DNA from: a virus
IMG/VR virus record: IMGVR_UViG_3300021962_000040
Location: 53,754 to 117,753 of that record
Reading direction: 5' to 3' (one strand)
Length of the DNA stretch: 64,000 nt
Shown here: positions 32,501-39,280 of the stretch, piece by piece
Layout: every line of letters begins with the position of its first letter
Position numbering within the stretch: position 1 is the stretch's first letter
Position numbers and translations under genes: made by a program
The notes under the pieces: model-generated
What the model was told of the DNA's origin: nothing
Database searches by the model: none
The model's input: only the letters and a program-made list of their open reading frames with translations

Positions 32501-33022
32501 GATCCTTTTGATGCAAACTTTGATTCAATTGATCTTGATGCTGCACTGGATGCAATTGATTTGGCACCTGGTATTGCTCTTTCTGCAAATGCTGTGGTAG
32601 TTGCAAATGAAAAAGGTATCCAAGTTGATGGTGAGAATATCAGCAAACTTGATCCGGCATCACAAGAGGTTGAGGCTAAGGATCTTGTAGAACCTGAAGT
32701 GGAGCCAACAGGTAATGAGGATCTATTTGATGAAGGTAAATCAATTGATATCTCTGCTAACTCATTCTTCTCAACACTTCTTGCTGACAATGATGCTGCG
32801 GAGAATAAATATCCAGAGTTAACAACTTGGTGGGATACTAATGTTGATGATCCATTTAGTCAACAAGCATTAGATAATAGAAACAAACTTAAAGCTCACA
32901 GAGATAATGCTGATATGAAGTTCAAAGTTACAGACTTAGATGACTTTATCCAGATGTTTGAAGATAGTGAGTTCACAAATGAACAAGAATTTTTAGATCA
33001 CTTTAATAATTGTTATCTTTGA
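17552..33022 (+). CDS. Virion-packaged RNA polymerase polyprotein (double-psi beta-barrel RNAP) with zincin domain
   Basis: 5156 aa. VRIPSQ (~29135-29152) followed by catalytic GADFDIDK (DFDID at 29255-29269), as in crAss-like vRNAP such as phi14:2 gp66. Zincin HEAFH at 24083-24097. Gly/Ala-rich hydrophobic N-terminus. Confidence 0.88.
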   Translation: MADNITQQLEQNGALPSAEPMIPSSGRFDYQPVADLLLPPNTPEFTELMTPEYKAMLERHASQINSFAPAAIGNLNDPNPTLATDTLNPFRQKVGLDLSTPEGKMQLFRNAGMSAKPTGEVKIADPLYAGIRSHNFDRYYKHAEFSNLGWHPYANNEETYNANSSWWDDAGRMMGQFTGLAGTGFVSAYRSIGDLFDDDDYFTGTDLTSASEFADAMRIGNSTRGGFGGGLNNLLLQSGYTMGVIGSIAVEELALWGAAAAQGGLNPVSDAAAVSRTGWNIARLGKTIANTFDLSRLTNATRNMYRGLRSVDSAKDVYTGFKAGGRFLADVIAPETAQAIRSLTSTANGAQNLSNMAKVAKTFGGFYRDLRSLNLALAESKMEGGMVYQQQLANGYALKTQMNNGQPLDEAQMNDVVEKASRAAYYTTLLNAPTIYLSNQLVLGNAFGAYNRTLSRVLQDNVEGLGRRVIKTQGTRVAGKMATRPFADAGTGVVGYLNRMKAAGVTGSAKMAAQASLRYFSANLSEGLQEVAQEAIAVGTKGYHQALLEDPASGGRDLLMGTISSAVGSQFSAQGFETFMSGFMMGGIVQGPQKLFFQGVPTLYQKTFEKTKYEEYRKNKQEFIDGLVKSMNDTYEVTANNPMESIFDTNKTNLVTQKQASVDMMQAAFDQSNFDFVDAKDFSKFQAIYTVLANDKGGEFKSQFEDYLKMTDQELAEAFPTAKSEVKSGKLRQRMQDMISKIDELEESYYVNKSKFNNPFDASIYKFGSREWNEEKIKQMSFEHARYLYMFTEDGFKRAVERSQKIYDELAADPIVGKMAASDITVLLDENSLQKEIATLLAEIGTLDAKENKDLIDSKTAKLEGLNGILSVLYAEENITKDGAFDRRKVGKLRGAFEKYVQKLAKSNDSFSDPDKVSEALKKIVDYRELKGRAIAYNKSIEYMNNPERFDEIRKRSYDFMKNIYKNRAEVFRKSVKSYVGKIEINQFLNELAKLEVYPDPKEVAEFMSNGDVEVLKTFFTENGVVNQVSDEDIYNEIQALINIYKSAVTPQATEQTAEEKIDSKEKQTRKKDTADILSEADLAEDTPEVEIFGTKENDNPVIKEVLEEKYKEYVNRQANLGQVPVQMDTWVNSAEAAKYITSYEALKKLWYKELQKTGEKAEAITGKFNSDTGFKDWLQKQQTNDLVRKVLKSTETNFSDFVEIEQDFEAGDVEDADIGDVKAVGKVIDNTFNSVQIVETKTSIVDPETGMPVPVTLYSVRDKKGKLLTEDKTSAAGVSAGATFDNINKARSAAKKLDDVSVDTTSFPFGGMQVSYGATVTDKEGNRYMVIGTPAEVEKGKKLFLLPVDEIKPGQSKQDRNKLSKKVTEVEFKNDFTVDSFNFSRVPKDASRLLINEAIEVYPLENGMGTAATEGILMANARLQTILENLSPEEKATLTLVIKRNPNGGKSTGKKYQTRDEEGNFKEANPYINRVSEPFAVGIAFGNQVTASRINQIISEKGMVPSSHPDGIFAFVRTGSIQFLNDKNQVVNPLNLTKEIIENTFTIYPSQQANAVNTVVNNFAIQQAFVDQVADKMEGQDSAIIPMTEFSEFGFNLGSSVDLKSNPKSVKELKYNTVDGVRVLLINDRLKDGTISTRILADIEDIDEREAFVEKLKGDLAISQPGLFESLQKSQRYVAIIKTPNGIYTGAPLKSERLDQNAISELGKELVAEGIRTINANLEGDGSIETKTIKDKNFNVEFNKAFNKKLYITTNIEGYTVEINVNSDGTFRAELYDKKGKALIGSSYLAEGRQGTLDYEGQENPDIIERLLDNLQKKGIEAKIKDIEAQKKKGAKVEIPEWTKLKLSVNNVRASFEEDATIDTILDSTVTSLNENVRTNYKLRLNADANVIAEAMLFASTSTANTFENFVNTGVVPEDVLYDIANKIKNNQTLTTEEQAIFTGKTSRINQILVELKNETAEEAYDSVLDMSDEVFEEYAKADFKELPLEMKQQVANKIARGEKLSTREERMVKNAVSGPTIQLLAGKAQRDNKVDATAQSLKTELQQNKARIKEIEAEIDNAEPNMVKANELIEDNEERAKLIARNREIERKLLANKIISEELTDTEVAGIDEFVLWANDNLPDFISIEDINNLRDNLVTNGVRVGAFVLSMNNIAGGMKVKGTLYTGAKSPYKFHEAFHGVFRSLLTNAQQDKLYKIAEAEVKRKLGNKFEEELEKFRNSADSYKAMSRKALEKEFYEEYMADEFEKFKKDPRSTKTDSAIKNFFNRIIEWIKSLFNRYSPNELQDLFRNIDSGKFKSASPINNRFTDSLATGVTLNANKIIPVELVEGEGGQFGYRTLDNDFARSIVSSISARVIMLEQENKNAKFNLKQAVNQSFALFKSLYSTKREAYNYMSLTADQKGNLREIEKAFTDFSDFIKDAVYDELKYYEIKSRNIEEDNDAMDDEVGDRLRTTDQYDKDLTSIGGFSALSSFLRKYIGTTPITEKDEFGNDYLIEPQRDEKGEIVPGTGEKLMITVDFATAYNGFLKAVKNLNDPIQILQQLYFFGINNPQTEAVVNKLFADLGIQWEGQLENGELPQYTSEVIEKFKAGEIITAEELNQGVKRPLLLQAVLKGFENARVDYLFIHRSSGDKVYTYTAANRDDAHTQVDRWGQAYIQKAKTLRTNEGVRTVVVNTLDKLLNRLQFVAGEGTTSQKALKTLTDTKLKEFAEQTARILEENVGISISPKFIEFSVAKNIEKPTRYQKALLNANSDERPLSYQDVVELKKIIEANQDLYSDSEEGAKNRLRRIALGNAAFDENVGSSVFKNPNGDLVYAHQLPSFHLKQIQSLNDVAGEGAKIDEVRNSDEYLLNNFLLNSEAFKQLSAEGRLRILRIAGSKVGNIDLDENGLMSETSGASPSSGKTYGDSTPREFIINLINAYTYAIDPLTGKVASVSWTKEDGTIELAAIAPVLLRVLEASNTGDMIALPVVKAVMKNNAGKTVLTETAINSIVNNVAAEFARIQKESNPETATQELHVGYNALAIPNSETGTEEIIPINVDSTNVNKARAFNFHKTGVLLNPLGQKKESRQGIVTIQTSDIKLERIQKGEQTAVVYDQKAAEQFIGFTSVGVVRDAIIKTKDGEKNVPMKIVGRGLVRVTPENRERIFEDLKGSISLIKNDQFKYEVRLGTKKFYVESINEQQFLQGRKPMYMYELIDAELADFEEQTAALIGGFDQQGYLDKLTEAARSPEYAGLTFTEALTKLGIKEGELKAFLENRLNQEFNEFNIALDELIGTQGGLGTFLSNGIQTGNEAVTADTIKTGRLLNILPEDKDYNLRQIFFNDYINTTAINQILLGDSAYSLKDAVDEIKRAKAQSASYYSAASSIAAPEYGIYKPLQEFSIFEMTEPSVNATHNQGEIKNADAQLWMTTKAFRNFQYGFGKLSPAQAQLFDRVERGEDITAEDIFGTEEESGYAKRQEMLNSQKLVYADGKTFVKMSAFPLLPQFTSIKDENGEYTIPKPNKVALHNLRVKLEAFERENDTVAVAAPRSALKMMQKNVSNIHGVTGTAAPLTKQQSVTLDANFLGLQVINPSNKTVITDPTQVKSLVTSEQNDATEVVINGEKLTLGEVRAAYHKATRDRGNLNYINKRNLVFSFDIDYAMDELHKSVKENAITADLYTYLRYAEASLASNGSSSHLMELFSLDESGNQKYNLNNPLTYDKFLNLFMSYFSKSVFNEKVPGATISLVSDYGVRIYRRVLSVDENGMPDKHEIITEAQYEAMASKPQILFNIDEGSYPGNDENLTGLKDAVKKSKGAGVVIIDRLRHNMKEYNSKGKATGEKYGEMLLPPHHKEVMSELQQKGKSIPDVVGKMFAVRIPSQDNHSTYNVKWVDFMPAVYGSSGVFARELIEISGADFDIDKVYTQFKEFFEKGGEFFEYGKAKTEKEQFEDYVQYVNKKVQDTDSIYGEALYKFKGRGTTNSLTAEQTLGARSQGFTEDAINALSVLGMPRFYAEYSTYRKKFGHEPYAAAINNDILDYKFALMGNDNVTERKPLFLDKNGNTTTVNTGKPALDENGKQKTAVPISYEAADMEVLKDLWDELKTELPEWAALSEEEGIDVDNLYGKLRMFANNKEGSRSIGAVVLPNLYLNLLQEYDVKIESIKIAGEEVMPQIKFGGLTFSSFKNTYELYENGSQGQRTQYILSALITAATDNAKERLLAKLGLNINALSVVANLVALGVPVKTGVLLINHPVIRQAYFEETNSPEDEPVTAANIIRDRIALLQSSFLETEERGKRTSVTQNALMQSIEAPLIKPTATAEDMANLRESGEVDKIDIIEEISILEQFLNAANLSNTTRYMGDLLNLTNGLGQGLEAIDKRNAAVEKLGLNLSNKDYAALGVDKPMIDARPIFKGNTWQAGYLERFEEFTNNLLPKVVLSASPLFRRVTDEIVYQSTINSLPYELRDRAKTKVAKDFLSYLTIKAYMHNGMVNNSQSVATLTNGLIYNQEGVENITKVVDRLRSIEDNKNNYFLNSFIIAEKASLKGNKTGLNLASANTFLRYNDSQKLDIQNGFMTLFANPLTREDARTLVNYMMVKDGLQYGYKSLVEAVAPIALDNYLSHIDTVQAAMERTDDAIFKSTFGVTLDDLVIQFMQGYLTSAANAYVIKRVKAAIYAPETKGILVEPKVYTKNLAAANPEAIYVFGDNVAKQGSVGNSSVRGLENAFGLFFKKDLNRTESSYYTNAEAGDFITIFDEQVEQLTNMIAEGKQVIFPKDFITTPELADFKKNSPAVFEYVKAKLKQDLNYNIDPKAKLTAEEKKEKRVADPAILRAPVHVNASGLVPRLVVDLYAGITKVERNEAVSAIRNTPAGSKLTKQLADTFSRNKKALRKAGFRNLINLKKGSDYHTEVEFPMVIRQNVGSDYKAEYKYYILTKTQSLFPKANLINFNNKAVGSYAEYVEVDIKGSTSQNPIGFMFGERPTTKELRNFVNSVNSNDPFDANFDSIDLDAALDAIDLAPGIALSANAVVVANEKGIQVDGENISKLDPASQEVEAKDLVEPEVEPTGNEDLFDEGKSIDISANSFFSTLLADNDAAENKYPELTTWWDTNVDDPFSQQALDNRNKLKAHRDNADMKFKVTDLDDFIQMFEDSEFTNEQEFLDHFNNCYL

Positions 33023-33025
33023 TAT

Positions 33026-36000
33026 ATGGCATGTTTTAACAGAAATACCCAAGAATATAAAGACCTATTAGGTGCTTTCACTAGCAACATGCAGGTTGAT
33101 GGGATAATTACAGCTTGGCAAAACGTAAATAATACAGAAGCTTTTCCTTCAGTTGCTCAAGCTAACCAGTTTTTAAAAGATAAAAAAGTTGCTTTTAGTC
33201 TGCAGCAAAGAAATTTTGCTGAAGCAGTTTTAGGTAATCTTAGTAGAAAGGGTTTGATTAGCAAGTATAATAACTCATACTATGTTAATAACTCAAATAG
33301 ATCTACCAGAGCCTATGACGCTACAGTATTGAAGAGTAACTTAGATAAAGTAAAAAGATATCTTGATATTAATAACATTCCTTTAGATGCGGTAACGTTT
33401 GATACAACTGCAAAGTCTGTTAGAATATCAGTTAATGAGAGCATCTTTACTCCTAAAGATATGCTTGAATCAACAAGAGGTTGGGATAGAACTAGAAGTA
33501 GACACGTTGTTGTCCACTTAATGAGAATGTTTCCTAATATCAAAGTTGCTTTAGTAAGTGTAAGTAAAGCTCAAAAATATTATGATAGTCTACCTGCTTC
33601 TCAAAAAGCAACTATGCCTTTTGAAAATGTAAGATCTTACTTTGATCCAGTAGCAAACCAAGTAGTTTTAATTGAGGGTAGAGTTACAGATGAAACTGCA
33701 ATTGAGGAAATGCTCCATCCTTTTACGGATGCTTTGTATGTAGATAATGGAGCTCTATTCAATTCTCTTTTGAATGAAGCAAAAGCAATGTTCCCTGTTT
33801 TAAATCAACAGATAGAAGATGCATACTCTGATAAAAGAGGGTTTAATCAAAAGCATAGAGACCTTGAACTTGTTACCCAGGCTTTGACAAGACACTTTAA
33901 AAAAGAGTATGAGGAAAATCCAACCAAGACTTTCTTAGAAAGAATCAAAGACTTCTTTAAATGGTTTGCAAGTATTGTAAACAACTTGCATAAGTATGTT
34001 ACAGGAATTAATTTGAATGGTTTCAAAAGAGACAGCTCCTATTATATGGGAGATACTGCTCTTATGGAACAGGAAGAAGGTGTTGAGGAAGAAGAGATTA
34101 TTGCTCCTATAAGAGAAGGTATTATTACAATTGATACCAAAGATATTAAACCAACAACCACATTGTCTGACATTGCCAGATTATTAAATACATCTGGAAT
34201 TCAGTTTAATGCAACAGCAAGAGCTGATGCAAAAATTAGATACTCTCTAACACCTGAGTTACAAACAACAGTTGATTATGCATTAAGACAATCTAATGCA
34301 ATTCAAGCTGAGGTAGTTAAAAGATTATTCCATCAAGCTCAAGCTACAAAAGAAGAAGTTGGTTCTATGGCTGCCGGTATGGAAGGTCCTATTGTTGTAC
34401 TCAATGAGGAGAACCATGTGTACTATAACTTATTAGACACAACAGAAACATTTAAGTCTACTACAGAAAGAATCAAAGGAAAACTTTCTGAAGAAGATAT
34501 GTTTAATAAGAAACTGAACATTGATCTTGGTAATGACTTTGATAAATTACTTCAAGGTTTGAGTTCAGATAAATCACTGGATGAAGTATTTTCTCAAATG
34601 AATATTCTCAATAGAGAACAAGCTGAGAAAGCTTATCTTCAGTTACAAGAAAATCTTAGAGAAATAACTAGAGGTGGTGGTGTTGCCATTCCTCAAGTAG
34701 TTGTTTATGATCAAAAGTCACAGACTGCCGGTTCAATTGATATTTTAGTTGTACTGCCTGATGGCAAACTTAGAATTGTGGATCTTAAGACAAGTAAGAA
34801 CTCTGTTAGAGATATGGTCTTGAGTGAACAAGCTAAAGCTAAAGCTGGGTTACAAGGCAAGTCTAGATATGATCAAGAATACAAACTAGGAGATGACAGT
34901 GATTTAAAAAGAGCTGGTATTGAAAGTCTATCTACAAGAGCCCAACAAGGTATTCAAGTTAACATCTATAGAAGGATGCTTGAAAACATGGGTTATGAAG
35001 TTGATATGAGTGACATGGGAGCTTCTACTTTCCATGTTCAAGTTGGTATTAAAGGAAAAGATGCTCAGCAAGAATTTACAGGTGAATTTAGATCTGATGA
35101 GTGGGTTTCACATCCTGCAAGTCAGAATGCATTGTATGTAGATTTATTAGTACCTAAGAATGTAGATGCTATTTCTTTAGAGGATCTAGAGAAAAGTATT
35201 GATAGTGCATTGGATAATCCTGTCAATTGGGATTCTGAATTAACAGACTCTGAAAAGATACCTGAAGATACTGAGTTCACAGATCCATATGTAGAGTATG
35301 AAGTAATTACCCAGGCCCTGGAGAATTACAGAATGGCACTTACTACCAAGCTAAAAGCTATGGAGCAAATTAAAAGTGCTATCTACATGGATAGAACTAG
35401 AGAGCAGACTGAAGAGAATATCTTAAATGCTTTGTCTGCAATCAGTATGGCAATGGCTGAAGGTCCTAAAGCAAGAGCTGCTTTATTTACAGAACTTCTT
35501 AGAGATGCCTTTAAACAGATTAAGAACTTTACAGACTACGTAAATAATGTAGACAACTTTGATAAGCCTGAGTATATTACTTATGTTCTTAACTTCAATA
35601 GATTCATTAAAACATTTGAAGGATTATACTCAGTAAAAGATCTAGAGGGTATCAATGCTACTCAAAAATCTTTAATCTTACAGTTACAGACTCAATTGAA
35701 TAACTTGGGTGTTAGTAACTCAAAACAAGAAGGTCTTATCAATGAGGCTATTACAAATTATGTAAAAGCACAAATTAAAAACTGGTCTACCAGAGATGAC
35801 CTTACGGAAGATGTACTCAATGACTTGATGAAACATGCAAGAGATATTGACTACATGGAACTTGGTACAGGTGATCTTGCTACTTCTAGAGATACCATTC
35901 TTGCTGTTATGGATAAGATCTATAAAACTAAAAAGCAAGAGTTGTTAGACAATGTTGAAACAAGAAACAGAACAATTGCCGGGTTAGCATCAAGACTTCA

Positions 36001-38809
36001 GAAGTTATCTCCTAATAAAAATACTCAAGAGATGTATGACTTCATGCTTGAGTTTGATGATAATGGTGAGTTTACAGGTAGATATGTTCAAAGACTTGGA
36101 AGACAATACTTTCAAAAGCAACAACAACTCAGAGACAAACTTTATGATGAAAATGGAAATGCTTTAGAGTATAGAGATATTGATGATGCAAGTACTGCAA
36201 GACCTGAAGATCTAGAATTCAACGTTAAGCTTGCAAAAGCTAAAGCTGATTATGCTGCTTTCTGGGCAGCTGAAAGAGTAGGTTTAGATGATAAACTTAT
36301 GGATGGTGATTTCCATAAGTATACTGATGAGTTCAAAACAGAAAGAGCTAAGTTCCAATACTACGTACCTGTAAATGGTAAAGCTGTATGGAGAAGAAAA
36401 GCCGGTGTATCAGATAGAGCTTATCAAGTTTACTTGGCCAAATACTTTAATGAGGTTGAGTATACTTATGCAAAGAAAGATCAGAATGGTAATTACACTG
36501 GAGCAATTGTAAGAGAGTCTGTTTTCCAAGCTGTGAAGCCTCAGTACAGAATGGCTAATGATTACAATCTACGTACTGGTGAGAGAATGGTTAGCGATAA
36601 GTATGAGAAGATTATGAATCCTACTGATGCTCTAGGGCAGACTCAAAAGGAATTCTATCTTGCTTATCAGGAAATGTATGAGAATCAATTACTTAGCAAA
36701 TTACCTATGGGATATAGATCTCAGATGTTAGGTAATGTGCCTGTTGTAAAAGGTAAGTTGTTTCAAGATGTAAAAGCTAAACCAAATATTGTTGGTAAGC
36801 TTTGGTCTAAAGCTACAAGAAGTGTTAATAATCTTATATCAGAAACTGCAGAACAAAGAGGTATTGTACTTGATGAGGATGGTAACTTGGTTGATCAGCT
36901 TCCTATCTTCTATACAGGAAGAGCTAGAACTGATGAAGAACTTGCAGCAATTAATGCTGAGATAAACTCATTAGAGGAAAGAAGAAAGAAAGGTTTGGTT
37001 ACAAGAGATTCTTATGATAATCAAATGCCTATTCTTAAAGGAAGACTTGCAACAATTCAGGGAAGACCCTCTAAAGGAGAAATAAATAAAGACATGGGCA
37101 CAGCTCTTATGAGATTCAGTGCTATGGCGGAACACTATGAAACAATGTCTTCAGTTGAAGACACTTTCAAAGCATTCATTAAAGTTCTTGAACAACGTTC
37201 TTATCAACCTGCAGATCCTTCAGTTACTTTAGGTAAGTGGGCAAAAGGTAAATTCATACCTAAAGGAAAGAAAGGTGGAGCTCAAAGTAATGTTGTAACT
37301 AGAGCAAAGAAATGGATGTCAATGGTGTTCTATGATAATGATAGAATTACAAAAGGTTTCCTTGAAAAGGTTACGGATGGATTGATGGAATACTCATCTT
37401 TATCATATGTTGCCTTTAACCCATTTGGTAACTTTAACAACTATGCATTAGGTAGAATTAACAACTCTATTGAAGCATTGGGTCAAAGATTCTTCTCAGG
37501 AAAAGCATATGCCAGAGCTGAGTTTGAATTTAACAAAAGAGCTTTACCGGATCTTGTAACAAGACTTGGGTCTGTTGCTAAGAAACCCTTTAATAAAGCA
37601 GACTATGATCCAGAAGAAGCTTCTAGTAAGTATGAAGCTTTAGTTGATCTATACAGAATGATGGACTCTCAAGCTGAAGTAAGAGAAACTCAATTTGGTC
37701 CAGAGCCAATTTCTAAATCTTGGTTTAGAAAAGCAGCAGACTTTGGTTATGTATTACAAGATGCAGCGGAATACAATGTTCAGACTAAGATTGGTGTAGC
37801 CATTCTTATGGATACCTTAGTTATGAATAAAGCTACAGGTGATATGATATCTTTGTATGATGCCTATGAGTTTGATTCAGAGACAAAGCAAGCAAAACTA
37901 AAAGATGGTTATGATACTATTGTGACCCTTGATAGAAAGAATGTTGATGAAGATGGCAAACCTAAAGTAATTAAGGAGAAGAAGTTTACAGATGACTTTA
38001 GATATGAACTTAGAAATAAGATCCGTGAGGTAAACAAACAGATCCATGGTAACTATGCTAAAGATGACAGAATGGTTATTCAATCATATGCTGTTGGTAG
38101 ACTTGCTGCACAGTTCCATAAGTGGGTTGCACCTGCAATCAAAGCAAGATTCCGCAGAGAATACTTTGATGAGAACTTGGGTTGGATGGAAGGTAGATAC
38201 AGAGCCTTCTGGAAATTCTTAGCATTTAGTACTAAGAAGCTTGCTAGTTTTCAGTTTGAGTATGGTAAACATACTGAGCAGTTCTTGGAAGAATATGGAT
38301 ACACCGGAGATGGTTCTCAAAGAGATCAAAGAGCCAGAGATAAACTATTCAGCACTTATAGAGTATTAGGTGAAATTGGAATCATCATGGTAACAGTTGC
38401 TCTTAATGGTATTCTTGCTGCAATGTTTGGTGATGATGATGATGAAACAGATCATGAAAAGAGAATGGAAAACTTCTTGAGATATCAGGCTGATAGAACT
38501 TATAAAGAACTTATTCTATTTACACCTCTAGGTGCACAGCAGATCTATCAAATGTTTAAGTCTCCTATTGCATCTACAAGAACTCTTGGAGAATTTGGTG
38601 AGGCTTTATCATTATCTGTAATGACACCGCTTGCATATGTGGTTGAAGGTAAAGATGATTTTTATGCTGATTCAGATTATGTATACCAGAGAGGTACAAG
38701 AAAAGGTGAGCTTAAGCTTTATAAAAACTGGGCTGATGTTGTACCAGTAATCTATTCTATTAAGAAGTATCAAGAATTCCTTAACCTGACTAACTTCTAT
38801 ATTAAGTAA
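33026..38809 (+). CDS. Large ejected polyvalent protein with PD-(D/E)XK nuclease-like domain
   Basis: 1927 aa. AGSIDILVVLPDGKLRIVDLKT and Q..IY motifs (~34727-34970). Degenerate zincin EEMLH (~33704). Hydrophobic helix near the C-terminus. Confidence 0.65.
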   Translation: MACFNRNTQEYKDLLGAFTSNMQVDGIITAWQNVNNTEAFPSVAQANQFLKDKKVAFSLQQRNFAEAVLGNLSRKGLISKYNNSYYVNNSNRSTRAYDATVLKSNLDKVKRYLDINNIPLDAVTFDTTAKSVRISVNESIFTPKDMLESTRGWDRTRSRHVVVHLMRMFPNIKVALVSVSKAQKYYDSLPASQKATMPFENVRSYFDPVANQVVLIEGRVTDETAIEEMLHPFTDALYVDNGALFNSLLNEAKAMFPVLNQQIEDAYSDKRGFNQKHRDLELVTQALTRHFKKEYEENPTKTFLERIKDFFKWFASIVNNLHKYVTGINLNGFKRDSSYYMGDTALMEQEEGVEEEEIIAPIREGIITIDTKDIKPTTTLSDIARLLNTSGIQFNATARADAKIRYSLTPELQTTVDYALRQSNAIQAEVVKRLFHQAQATKEEVGSMAAGMEGPIVVLNEENHVYYNLLDTTETFKSTTERIKGKLSEEDMFNKKLNIDLGNDFDKLLQGLSSDKSLDEVFSQMNILNREQAEKAYLQLQENLREITRGGGVAIPQVVVYDQKSQTAGSIDILVVLPDGKLRIVDLKTSKNSVRDMVLSEQAKAKAGLQGKSRYDQEYKLGDDSDLKRAGIESLSTRAQQGIQVNIYRRMLENMGYEVDMSDMGASTFHVQVGIKGKDAQQEFTGEFRSDEWVSHPASQNALYVDLLVPKNVDAISLEDLEKSIDSALDNPVNWDSELTDSEKIPEDTEFTDPYVEYEVITQALENYRMALTTKLKAMEQIKSAIYMDRTREQTEENILNALSAISMAMAEGPKARAALFTELLRDAFKQIKNFTDYVNNVDNFDKPEYITYVLNFNRFIKTFEGLYSVKDLEGINATQKSLILQLQTQLNNLGVSNSKQEGLINEAITNYVKAQIKNWSTRDDLTEDVLNDLMKHARDIDYMELGTGDLATSRDTILAVMDKIYKTKKQELLDNVETRNRTIAGLASRLQKLSPNKNTQEMYDFMLEFDDNGEFTGRYVQRLGRQYFQKQQQLRDKLYDENGNALEYRDIDDASTARPEDLEFNVKLAKAKADYAAFWAAERVGLDDKLMDGDFHKYTDEFKTERAKFQYYVPVNGKAVWRRKAGVSDRAYQVYLAKYFNEVEYTYAKKDQNGNYTGAIVRESVFQAVKPQYRMANDYNLRTGERMVSDKYEKIMNPTDALGQTQKEFYLAYQEMYENQLLSKLPMGYRSQMLGNVPVVKGKLFQDVKAKPNIVGKLWSKATRSVNNLISETAEQRGIVLDEDGNLVDQLPIFYTGRARTDEELAAINAEINSLEERRKKGLVTRDSYDNQMPILKGRLATIQGRPSKGEINKDMGTALMRFSAMAEHYETMSSVEDTFKAFIKVLEQRSYQPADPSVTLGKWAKGKFIPKGKKGGAQSNVVTRAKKWMSMVFYDNDRITKGFLEKVTDGLMEYSSLSYVAFNPFGNFNNYALGRINNSIEALGQRFFSGKAYARAEFEFNKRALPDLVTRLGSVAKKPFNKADYDPEEASSKYEALVDLYRMMDSQAEVRETQFGPEPISKSWFRKAADFGYVLQDAAEYNVQTKIGVAILMDTLVMNKATGDMISLYDAYEFDSETKQAKLKDGYDTIVTLDRKNVDEDGKPKVIKEKKFTDDFRYELRNKIREVNKQIHGNYAKDDRMVIQSYAVGRLAAQFHKWVAPAIKARFRREYFDENLGWMEGRYRAFWKFLAFSTKKLASFQFEYGKHTEQFLEEYGYTGDGSQRDQRARDKLFSTYRVLGEIGIIMVTVALNGILAAMFGDDDDETDHEKRMENFLRYQADRTYKELILFTPLGAQQIYQMFKSPIASTRTLGEFGEALSLSVMTPLAYVVEGKDDFYADSDYVYQRGTRKGELKLYKNWADVVPVIYSIKKYQEFLNLTNFYIK

Positions 38810-38864
38810 ATTGTAAAGGGGGAGAGACAAGCCAAGCGGGTTGGAGCCCCGGACCCCTGTACAA
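38810..38864. terminator. GC-rich stem-loop between convergent genes
   Basis: attgta-aagggg ... cccct-gtacaat outer stem at the +/- convergence point. Confidence 0.45.
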
Positions 38865-39230
38865 TCACTCTATAATAATTTGTTTGCTTTTAAGAAAGTC
38901 ATATAACAGTTCTGTTATATAACCAATTACCCAAGCAGTAGCTTCTTCATCTGTTATGTTAATAGTTCTGAGTACACTTGAACTAAGATGAAATACTTCA
39001 TGGGCTATTAGATTGTGAGTAAGCTTGCTTTTAACAAGAACAATATAATATTGGAAACGACCTTCAAGGTGGTTCTCAAATACACAACCTTCAGTATCTA
39101 GTAGATCTACTTTTGTGATATTGTCATTGACATGCTTGTTTATTATCTCAATGGAATCACCTATCAAAAGAACAACGGTGGTTTCATACAAGTCAATGGT
39201 AAACATGTGTGACAATATTCTGTTTTTCAT
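38865..39230 (-). CDS. Small HExxH metallopeptidase-like protein
   Basis: 121 aa. LIAHEVFH followed by DEEATAW (downstream Glu). Confidence 0.55.
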   Translation of the reverse strand: MKNRILSHMFTIDLYETTVVLLIGDSIEIINKHVNDNITKVDLLDTEGCVFENHLEGRFQYYIVLVKSKLTHNLIAHEVFHLSSSVLRTINITDEEATAWVIGYITELLYDFLKSKQIIIE

Positions 39231-39249
39231 ATTATAAATTTTTAATATA

Positions 39250-39276
39250 AAAAAAAGGGGAAGTTACCTTCCCCTC
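39250..39276 (-). terminator. Rho-independent terminator after nrdA
   Basis: aggggaag-ttac-cttcccct hairpin, followed by a T-run on the minus strand. Confidence 0.7.
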
Positions 39277-39280
39277 TTGT

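Noticed and set aside
20050-32790. Antisense ORFs within the vRNAP gene (e.g. 23641..24078, 32377..32790)
   Set aside because: Ser/Leu/Phe-rich shadow frames of the codon-biased + strand gene, with no motifs.
38810-38864. Possible tRNA
   Set aside because: Too short, with no T-loop GTTC or cloverleaf.
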